IMG/VR virus record: IMGVR_UViG_3300010048_000029
Span: 1 to 33,508 of that record
Reading direction: 5' to 3' (one strand)
From: a virus
Taxonomy: Duplodnaviria > Caudoviricetes
Length of the DNA: 33,508 bases
A program made the position numbers and the translations under genes. Each line of letters begins with the position of its first letter. Position 1 is the stretch's first letter. Below are positions 27,571 through 33,508 of the stretch, in pieces. The notes under the pieces are model-generated. The model worked only from the letters and a program-made list of their open reading frames with translations. It searched no databases and was not told the origin of the DNA.

Positions 27571-27905
27571 CGCTTCACCTTCGGGACCACGGCGGCGAAG
27601 GCTTGACGGATGTGAGCCGGGAACTGCTTGGTCACCTCTGCGAAGCTGTCGCCCTTCCAGAAGCCACCCACGAGTTGTCCCAGGAGGGTGTCCAGATCGT
27701 GGTACTCCTCGTCTTCGTAGTAGCCAGCGTTGATGGAAGCGGACCAGTGGTCGCGGGTGGATTGGACGCCACCCGTGCGGTCGACATCCTCCTGGGTGCG
27801 AGGTGCCCAGACCTGATAGCTGTAGATGACCTCGCGCCCGTGTTCCTTCCTGATGCTGTCGAAAGACCAGCCTGGGTAGTGGTACTTCATCGGTTCGATC
27901 TTCAC
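27567..27905 (-). CDS. Hypothetical protein
   Basis: Start reset to GTG 27905 (GTGA overlap, GAGGTG upstream). Confidence 0.62.
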   Translation of the reverse strand: MKIEPMKYHYPGWSFDSIRKEHGREVIYSYQVWAPRTQEDVDRTGGVQSTRDHWSASINAGYYEDEEYHDLDTLLGQLVGGFWKGDSFAEVTKQFPAHIRQAFAAVVPKVKR

Positions 27906-28120
27906 GACTTCACCTCGTTCTGTGAGCCAGGGATGAAGCGACGTCCCTTGCCGGCCATGCGGACACCGAACTGGTAGCCGCAGCGCAGGCCGCAGAAGAG
28001 GTTGTCGTGGTAGTCGGCGTCGATCTCGGTGCGCTCCTGGTCTCGTAGATCCTGGCCGCACCATACGCATGTGTCGGGCTGGTTGGAGGCCCCGAAGGGC
28101 CTCCACTCTGGCTTCCTCAT
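27902..28120 (-). CDS. Small Zn-finger protein
   Basis: CVWCG...FCGLRCG. Confidence 0.68.
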   Translation of the reverse strand: MRKPEWRPFGASNQPDTCVWCGQDLRDQERTEIDADYHDNLFCGLRCGYQFGVRMAGKGRRFIPGSQNEVKS

Positions 28121-28281
28121 TTGCCCGCCGCCTGACGAGCCGCGCGCAGGATGTCGGGGTTCAGTCCTTCGATCTTCTCCGCATCCAAAAAGACTTGGCG
28201 AGCGGCCTGTTCCCAGGTCATGTCTGTAGTCCGCAAGTAGTTGTGGATGGCAGCCTCGACGTAGTCTTCGGGGCTGTTCAC
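28117..28281 (-). CDS. Small hypothetical protein (54 aa, not in the ORF track)
   Basis: GTG start, MNSPEDYVEAAIHNYLRTTDMTWEQAARQVFLDAEKIEGLNPDILRAARQAAGK*; 4-nt overlaps at both ends. Confidence 0.65.
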   Translation of the reverse strand: MNSPEDYVEAAIHNYLRTTDMTWEQAARQVFLDAEKIEGLNPDILRAARQAAGK

Positions 28282-28523
28282 AGCTTCACGCCCCGGCTGG
28301 CGACGATCTCGACCTTGGCTGTCCGGTCAGCCCCCTCAGCCCACGTCCACTCGACGGTGCCGTCCACGCGGGACACGGTCACGTCGGTAGCGCCCTGGGG
28401 GAGGAGCTTGACGAGGTAGCGGGTAAGGTTGCCGCCGGCCTTCTTCATGTTGGCCTTGGCCTCTTCGACCGTGGCACCGATCCCCCAGTAGTGGGGGCAG
28501 AGGGCGACGTAGATTCTTTCCAT
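28278..28523 (-). CDS. Hypothetical protein, first gene of the leftward early operon
   Basis: AAGGAG RBS; lies downstream of the TATAAT promoter. Confidence 0.75.
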   Translation of the reverse strand: MERIYVALCPHYWGIGATVEEAKANMKKAGGNLTRYLVKLLPQGATDVTVSRVDGTVEWTWAEGADRTAKVEIVASRGVKL

Positions 28524-28564
28524 GTGGTTCTCCTTGTTGTGGTAGCGGTGTAACCGATGACACC

Positions 28565-28596
28565 ATTATACAGGAGTGAGCAGGTCCATGTGTCAA
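28565..28596 (-). promoter_or_regulatory. Leftward sigma70-type promoter TTGACA-N20-TATAAT
   Basis: Both consensus hexamers are perfect on the minus strand (28591-28596 and 28565-28570); spacer is 20 nt. Confidence 0.7.
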
Positions 28597-28602
28597 GTTT
28601 CC

Positions 28603-28618
28603 TGTGACATGTGTCACA
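28603..28618. promoter_or_regulatory. CRP/GlxR-type operator TGTGA-N6-TCACA
   Basis: TGTGAcatgtgTCACA, a perfect match centred between divergent promoters. Confidence 0.7.
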
Positions 28619-28651
28619 CCATTCCGGCCCACATGGCACCGCTCGCTCCTG

Positions 28652-28666
28652 TATACTAGAGACATG
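28652..28666 (+). promoter_or_regulatory. Rightward leaderless promoter TATACT-N6-ATG
   Basis: ctgTATACTagagacATG. Confidence 0.7.
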
Positions 28667-29224
28667 GCAACTACCACCAACACAGACAAGCTCCGCATCA
28701 TCGTGGATGTTCGTCCCTCCAAGTTCAGTGACCAGGGCCGGCTGGAAGCAGTCGCCCTCTTCGTCCTCGTCAATGAGGAAGGCAAGATCCGCAACTGCTC
28801 ATGGGGCTACGGCTCCTCGCTCGGTGACGATTACGCGGACCTCCGCATCGAGGGCTGGGTCGCCCGTGACTTCGACAAGAAGGACGACTTCTACTGGGGA
28901 CTCGGCTACCACAATGCGCTGGAGTACCGGGAGGTCTTCACTGTTGACGAGCGGCGGGCCGCGAGCATGGCTAAGACTCTGCGCCGTGTCAACAACAGGC
29001 TCGACGCTCTCAACAACAAGCGTGGCTACCCCCAGGACTACGCTCAGTTCCTCGCTTATGTGGCAGAGGCCCTGGGCATCAAGGGCCAGGCGGTTTTCGC
29101 CCGCCGTGTCGAGAACTCTGGCCGCGGTTGGAGCTACGACGACAGTGAGTACCGGTGGATGGACATCAATGCCCTCCGCTGTTACTTCCAAGGCAAGCTA
29201 CGGGATTGGAGGGGAGATGACTGA
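28664..29224 (+). CDS. Hypothetical early protein
   Basis: Start reset to leaderless ATG 28664 (MATTTNTDK...); strong GC3 bias. Confidence 0.75.
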   Translation: MATTTNTDKLRIIVDVRPSKFSDQGRLEAVALFVLVNEEGKIRNCSWGYGSSLGDDYADLRIEGWVARDFDKKDDFYWGLGYHNALEYREVFTVDERRAASMAKTLRRVNNRLDALNNKRGYPQDYAQFLAYVAEALGIKGQAVFARRVENSGRGWSYDDSEYRWMDINALRCYFQGKLRDWRGDD

Positions 29225-29612
29225 GTTCTCCTGGACTGCTCATGCGAACAAGATGAGCCTCACTGCTGAGGTTCATCCCTGGTACCTGGAGATCGTCAAG
29301 ACCGGGCCTGGTTGGTTCTGGGAGGTGGCCCTCGACAGGGATATCGGCCCCCACAACGTGGCGCGGACAGTCGTCGCCCAGGGTGACGCCACCTCTCTGG
29401 ACGAGGCCCAGGAGCAGTGCCTCCAGGTGGTGGCTGCCCAGGAGCAGGAGTGGGATGCGAGGGAGACCCCGTCCGACTGGCGTCGCGAGGCTCGCCTGGC
29501 CCAGGAGGCCAGGGACCAACAGCGTCAGCACGACCACACCTGGGTCTGGAATGGCAGTAACTACCAGTGCCAGTGCGGAGCCACCTCCGACAACAACGTG
29601 GAGGTCAAGTGA
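29217..29612 (+). CDS. Hypothetical protein with C-terminal HxH...CxC metal motif
   Basis: Start reset to ATG 29217 after GGAGG; HDHTW...YQCQCG. Confidence 0.68.
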   Translation: MTEFSWTAHANKMSLTAEVHPWYLEIVKTGPGWFWEVALDRDIGPHNVARTVVAQGDATSLDEAQEQCLQVVAAQEQEWDARETPSDWRREARLAQEARDQQRQHDHTWVWNGSNYQCQCGATSDNNVEVK

Positions 29613-29923
29613 GTACCTACGAGGAGCAGTTCCCCAAGCACCTTGGCCCTCCCCCCATCCCCAATGGGGGGTCGGTCAAGCTGCACGATGCCACCAAACC
29701 CACCTACCTACTCAAGATCGACTCGGGAGCCTTCATGGCGATGTGGGAACACATGGAGGCTGAGGCCAAGCATCGCTTCCCCACGCATGAGACCTATGCG
29801 TTCGCTCGCGCTTACCTGCGGGCCGTCCAGGCCATGCGGGACTGCTACTGGGCCAACAACGGGCCTGCTCCTGAACCACCCAAGCCACCGACGCGCAAGC
29901 TGGTGCGTAGGGCACGCAAGTGA
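29609..29923 (+). CDS. Hypothetical protein
   Basis: Start reset to GTG 29609 (GGAGG RBS, GTGA overlap). Confidence 0.68.
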   Translation: MSTYEEQFPKHLGPPPIPNGGSVKLHDATKPTYLLKIDSGAFMAMWEHMEAEAKHRFPTHETYAFARAYLRAVQAMRDCYWANNGPAPEPPKPPTRKLVRRARK

Positions 29924-30207
29924 GCCAGTACTACGACACCGAGTCAGAGGACGAGGACCGACCGGTCCTCCTCCAGGAGTACCGCGGTCTCAAGCCAGGA
30001 GACCGTGTCGTCTATCAGAACCCGTCCTGGCTCCAGCCTGACGGCACCTACAAGACCGCCGGCATGGATCCTCCCCTGGTGATCACCGAGTTGGTTTCCC
30101 TGGGTGCTGACTTCGTCACTGCCATCATCAACGAGGGCGAGTGGGAGGTCAACGCAGACAACCTGGCCCTGGAAAAATCTGAGGGAGCAGAGAGGCCCGA
30201 AGAGTAG
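29920..30207 (+). CDS. Hypothetical acidic protein, possibly SH3/KOW-like barrel
   Basis: LKPGDRVVY...VITEL......AII.....EVNADNL. Confidence 0.62.
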   Translation: MSQYYDTESEDEDRPVLLQEYRGLKPGDRVVYQNPSWLQPDGTYKTAGMDPPLVITELVSLGADFVTAIINEGEWEVNADNLALEKSEGAERPEE

Positions 30208-30413
30208 TACCTTTTCTCTTGGACGGTGTGGAACATAGGTGCAGCCCCGTAACCTAGGCACGCGGGACAGCAGGGCCACATCAAGCCGGTAGGGGATAGG
30301 CCGGCAACATGGGTAGAACCAGGGCATGTCGCATCTGCAAGCGTGGGTCAGGATGCCCCGCTCGGTGGTGGCCCGGTACGTCATGCACCTCATCGAGCGG
30401 TTCTTGACCCGAT

Positions 30414-30671
30414 CTAGTCGGGGATGACATTCTCCAGCATGCCCAGGCTCGCCTCCAGGTGGAGGCGTGCTTCGCGTAGCTGGTCAAGCTGGTACTCGCG
30501 GTCGCTGCCGGCCTGGCGGTAGCGGGTGAGGGCCTGGCCGCAGGTCATGAGGGCCAGGTCGACCTCCGACACGATCTCGCCCTCTCGCATCGAGGCTGAC
30601 CGGTCCCTGGCCTTCTTCCAGATGCCGGCGTCGCGCCGGTCCCGTCGCCAGAGCTTAAGAGCCGACGCCAC
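30414..30671 (-). CDS. Hypothetical helical protein
   Basis: 85 aa, overlaps the end of the upstream gene. Confidence 0.6.
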   Translation of the reverse strand: MASALKLWRRDRRDAGIWKKARDRSASMREGEIVSEVDLALMTCGQALTRYRQAGSDREYQLDQLREARLHLEASLGMLENVIPD

Positions 30672-31455
30672 TCTTGCCCACCCTCACCAGCACCCTCCTA
30701 GTCGGCGGTTTCGGTAGCTCGGTGATGGTGGCAAGCTGCGGCTTCTTCCGCGCCTTGGCGCGCTCCCTGGCTCGCAGACGCTTGGCTCGCTCTCGCTCCA
30801 CGAGCCTCTGCTTGGCCTTGTCAGCCCTCCTGGCCTCCGGTGACCCAGGAGGCAGGCCGTCCTTCCTAGGACGCCCACGAGGCCGCTCAGGAGGGGTACG
30901 AACGGTCCCAGGCGGCGGTATGGAAAACGCTGTCTTGGTGAAGGCGTGCCGCGGACCGAACTTCGTCCTAGACCCTGGCGTGTTGAAGTCCAGCGTCGCC
31001 TTGGTCTCTCCTGGTGCCGGTAGGACGTACTGAGCGTTCACCCCTCGCTGCACCACGATCTTGAAGGTGCTGTCGCCGGCCAGGGCCAGAGCGTCCTCGA
31101 CGTGGACCGGTAGGCCGTTCGTCGGCCCCATGTTGAAGATCGAGTTGGCCCATACCTCGACATCGGCCTGGGTCTTGATCTCCTTGTTCAGGACGCTCTT
31201 GACCCGGATCCCCAGTCGCTCTAGCTCGGGCAGCGTCTGATCGAACGCCTCCAGTAGCTCCACGGCGTTGCGGCGCAGCTTGTCGACCTTGGCCGGCTCA
31301 GCCATGGTCTCCATCCCCGGCCAGATGGTGGCCGTGTTCTTGAACCAAGTCCAGGAGTCACCGTCGAAGACAGGGATGTAGCCCATGCGCCCCAGCTTGA
31401 TCACACCGTTGAAGCCGGTGATTTTCTGCCAAGCCTCAGTTCCGTTCAACTCCAC
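30655..31455 (-). CDS. Hypothetical protein with AT-hook and basic C-terminal tail
   Basis: RPRGRPRK AT-hook followed by an Arg/Lys-rich helix; start probably GTG 31455 or TTG 31449. Confidence 0.7.
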   Translation of the reverse strand: MELNGTEAWQKITGFNGVIKLGRMGYIPVFDGDSWTWFKNTATIWPGMETMAEPAKVDKLRRNAVELLEAFDQTLPELERLGIRVKSVLNKEIKTQADVEVWANSIFNMGPTNGLPVHVEDALALAGDSTFKIVVQRGVNAQYVLPAPGETKATLDFNTPGSRTKFGPRHAFTKTAFSIPPPGTVRTPPERPRGRPRKDGLPPGSPEARRADKAKQRLVERERAKRLRARERAKARKKPQLATITELPKPPTRRVLVRVGKSGVGS

Positions 31456-31807
31456 TCTCCAGGTTGTGCGCCCTAGCCACGGTCTGGGCCAAGTCCTTCT
31501 CCAGGGGCGAGTCACTCAGAATACGCGGAGCCTTGCCTCGGAACCAGACGCCCAGCGCGAAAGCGCGAGGTTTTTTGCGAACCATGATACCGAGACCTCG
31601 CCTCCAGGGCGGGAGGATCTCGCGGGTCACGCTGACTGAGACCGGCCACTGGTGCGGGTTGGCCTCCCCGTGCCAGCGATACAGCACCCACCAGGAAGAG
31701 GTGTTGTCAGGAACTGAGGAAGCGTCGGGCAGGCTGGGTAGTACCCAGTTGTTTTCGTCCTCTGGATCCTCGTATGCTGGGGGGTCCGGGTGGATATTTG
31801 TTGTCAT
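31436..31807 (-). CDS. Hypothetical phage protein
   Basis: 123 aa, EILPPWRRGLG...FALGVW; GAGG upstream; start uncertain because it overlaps the upstream small ORF. Confidence 0.62.
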   Translation of the reverse strand: MTTNIHPDPPAYEDPEDENNWVLPSLPDASSVPDNTSSWWVLYRWHGEANPHQWPVSVSVTREILPPWRRGLGIMVRKKPRAFALGVWFRGKAPRILSDSPLEKDLAQTVARAHNLESGVERN

Positions 31808-31895
31808 TTTCCTCTAGGGCTGCATCGATCTCAGCCAGTATTTGGTCAATCCGAGATGGCAGCTTTGACGGCTCTTTTTTCGTCTTCTCGCCCAT
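31707..31895 (-). CDS. Pup-like peptide lacking the C-terminal GGQ/GGE
   Basis: SKLPSRIDQILAEIDAALEEN versus M. tuberculosis Pup EKLTEETDDLLDEIDDVLEEN (recalled sequence); ATG 2 nt after the KTSC gene stop. Confidence 0.55.
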   Translation of the reverse strand: MGEKTKKEPSKLPSRIDQILAEIDAALEENDNKYPPGPPSIRGSRGRKQLGTTQPARRFLSS

Positions 31896-31897
31896 GG

Positions 31898-32380
31898 CTA
31901 CTCAATGCTCCCCCAGCCTCCGCGCCCATACGGGTACGCATTCAACACGGCGTTGATATAGCGCCCAGGACTCTCTACTCGCTTGAAGCGGTTCCAGATC
32001 CTGGGCGGTACATTGTTGTAATGCCAGGGCGTCCCGTCCCGGAAGATGACCTCCAGGGTCTGCTGTCGGCGGGAATATCTGGCCTGTAGCGTTCTGGGTC
32101 TTGGTGGGTTAATGGTGCGTGTGGGCCAGTAGTAGTCCCAGGCCGGATCCGGCGAGGGGCCGAACGGGCCTTGAGTGCCGTGTGGCTCCTCATCGGAGAC
32201 CAGGGGGAAGTCACTGGGTCGCACGTACTGCGGGTGCAGCCTGAGCGTGGAGTTGCGGGCGCGCTCCTCCCGCGCCTGGGAGTAGCTCTCGTAGCCGCGC
32301 TCCTTCTCCCGCTCGTTGCGGACGGCGAAGACTGTGATGCCCCTTCGGCGCGCCTCAGCCCGAAGGGACTCGCGGGGCAT
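31898..32380 (-). CDS. KTSC domain protein
   Basis: ARYSRRQQTLEVIFRDGTPWHYNNVPPRIWNRFKRVESPGRYINAVLNAYPY. Confidence 0.85.
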   Translation of the reverse strand: MPRESLRAEARRRGITVFAVRNEREKERGYESYSQAREERARNSTLRLHPQYVRPSDFPLVSDEEPHGTQGPFGPSPDPAWDYYWPTRTINPPRPRTLQARYSRRQQTLEVIFRDGTPWHYNNVPPRIWNRFKRVESPGRYINAVLNAYPYGRGGWGSIE

Positions 32381-32384
32381 AGCC

Positions 32385-32678
32385 CTATGGAGAGGTCAAG
32401 CCGGGGATCGCTGGCCTCATGACGGGGGTGTGCGCCCCGGCGCTGTTGGTAACCAACTCCTGCTGGTCGACCCAGCCACCGAACGGATCCACGGCGTTGA
32501 CCTTGGTGGGGGTGTTGGGGTACGTCGGGATCGAGGTGCCTCCGTTGATGAGGTCGGTGATCGGCCCCACGCCAGGGAACACGGTGTTGGTCACATACGG
32601 GGTACCCGGCGGGTTCGGCAGAGTCGGCAAGGAACCGCCGCCCTGTGATGTCCAGGCCCTCCAGTCAGCTACTCCCAT
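32385..32678 (-). CDS. Pro/Gly/Thr-rich hypothetical protein
   Basis: 97 aa, AAGGAAGG upstream, overlaps the upstream gene. Confidence 0.6.
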   Translation of the reverse strand: MGVADWRAWTSQGGGSLPTLPNPPGTPYVTNTVFPGVGPITDLINGGTSIPTYPNTPTKVNAVDPFGGWVDQQELVTNSAGAHTPVMRPAIPGLTSP

Positions 32679-32983
32679 TGGTCGCTTCCTTCCTTGACTC
32701 TCTTGACGGGCGTCCCTTTGAGTTGGGCCAGCCTGTTCCGCACGAGGTATAGCTCCTTGAGAACCTCATCGATGAGGTCGATCTGCCGGCCCCGGTCCTC
32801 TTCTCGCCGGATCTCGCCCACGTCGACCAAGACCTGATCGAGGCGATGCTCCCAGGAGCGGATGGGCACCCTGGGCTTGGTGGCCGGCGTCTGGTGGTTC
32901 AGGTTGAAATGCGCCAGGACGTCAGCCTCGACGGTGGTGTTGCAGAGGTAACACCAGCCACCGAGTACCTGGGTGTCGGACAC
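32669..32983 (-). CDS. C2H2-like Zn-finger plus helical protein
   Basis: WCYLC......LAHFNLNH; start reset to GTG 32983, which is preceded by TACGCT-N7. Confidence 0.62.
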   Translation of the reverse strand: MSDTQVLGGWCYLCNTTVEADVLAHFNLNHQTPATKPRVPIRSWEHRLDQVLVDVGEIRREEDRGRQIDLIDEVLKELYLVRNRLAQLKGTPVKRVKEGSDQWE

Positions 32984-33026
32984 GCTTACCAGCGTAGGTG
33001 GCCGGGGTGGTGCGACCTGGGGCACC

Positions 33027-33041
33027 TAGGCTTGGGGCATG
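33027..33041 (+). promoter_or_regulatory. Putative leaderless promoter TAGGCT-N6-ATG
   Basis: cTAGGCTtggggcATG. Confidence 0.55.
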
Positions 33042-33308
33042 TCGATCCCCTTCTCGACGCAGCAGTTTGAGAAAAAACCCAACCGGAAAATGCCAGCCAC
33101 GACTGTCCGTTTAGACAAGATCGACGCCACCCAGTTGAAGCTCGATCACAAGAAGGTCATGAGCATCGCGGAGCGGGGGGCTGATGACGGCACCGACCCC
33201 CTGGTGGCGAAGCTGAATGGCCGCTACAAGGTCTTGGACGGCCACCACCGGGTAGGCGGGGCCATCGAGCGGGGTGACACCAAGATCCGGGTCAGGCAGG
33301 TCAAGTGA
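33039..33308 (+). CDS. Stand-alone ParB/Srx N-terminal-like domain protein
   Basis: IDATQ...PLVAKLNGRYKVLDGHHRVGGAIERGDTKIRV. Confidence 0.8.
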   Translation: MSIPFSTQQFEKKPNRKMPATTVRLDKIDATQLKLDHKKVMSIAERGADDGTDPLVAKLNGRYKVLDGHHRVGGAIERGDTKIRVRQVK

Positions 33309-33508
33309 AGGCACAGAACACGGGAGCAAAACGAGGACAGCCCGCCCGCAATCCTGTGCCTTCCCTTGGCCGTTCGCCCAGGGCCACCAACATCTCCAAC
33401 TTCTACGACGGTCACATGAGCGGTCGTGACCCCGGTCAGTGGCCCAGCTTGCTGCGGCGCTCCTGGGAGCTTCGCTACGGCCAGCGGCCCCAGCCCTACC
33501 CCTTCGGC
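33305..33508 (+). CDS. Partial hypothetical protein running off the window end
   Basis: GTG 33305 (GTGA overlap), frame open for 68 codons to the end. Confidence 0.5.
   Translation, partial: MKAQNTGAKRGQPARNPVPSLGRSPRATNISNFYDGHMSGRDPGQWPSLLRRSWELRYGQRPQPYPFG

Noticed and set aside
28604-29216. Upstream extensions of ORFs 28604..29224 and 28611..29612
   Set aside because: They run through the promoter region or overlap a better gene; the starts at 28664 and 29217 have promoter or RBS support
30208-30427. Possible 33 aa ORF from ATG 30326 or ncRNA in the gap between convergent operons
   Set aside because: The upstream hexamer TAGAAC is imperfect, and there is no RBS, recognisable motif or convincing structure
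33039-33308. Plasmid-type partition system
   Set aside because: Only the ParB/Srx catalytic-like domain is present, with no HTH, ParA or parS repeats in view

Overview
High-GC window, by eye about 63-65%, that reads as part of a large contractile-tailed (myovirus-type) phage of an Actinobacterium. Leaderless TANNNT-N6-ATG promoters, a perfect CRP-type site and a Pup-like peptide all point to that host group. Positions 38-17910 (+) form a tail operon: tail terminator, sheath, tube, Zn-binding tail chaperone with a start-less +1-frame extension, tape measure with a tail-lysozyme domain, an NlpC/P60-tube initiator fusion, LysM/gpX, hub, an OB-fold spike fused to collagen, and six modular fibre/receptor-binding genes (C1q-like, pyocin-knob and repeated 'HNL' domains). 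Positions 17920-23929 hold small putative virion/late genes, including IPT/TIG proteins and a tandem family of five paralogs sharing a P[LW]ELPxN motif. Positions 24069-33508 hold short accessory/early genes (TOPRIM protein, PC4-like, AT-hook, KTSC, ParB-like, Zn fingers), with a mirror-symmetric divergent promoter pair at 28558-28666. The most notable candidates are a truncated Pup mimic that keeps only the Mpa-binding helix, the PxELPxN anchor-plus-cargo family, a UUU_CGU +1 frameshift in the tail chaperone, a collagen spike with no wedge genes nearby, and the CRP-centred divergent promoter. No tRNA, rRNA, CRISPR array, integrase or transposase was seen. All calls are by motif recognition only; no searches were run.
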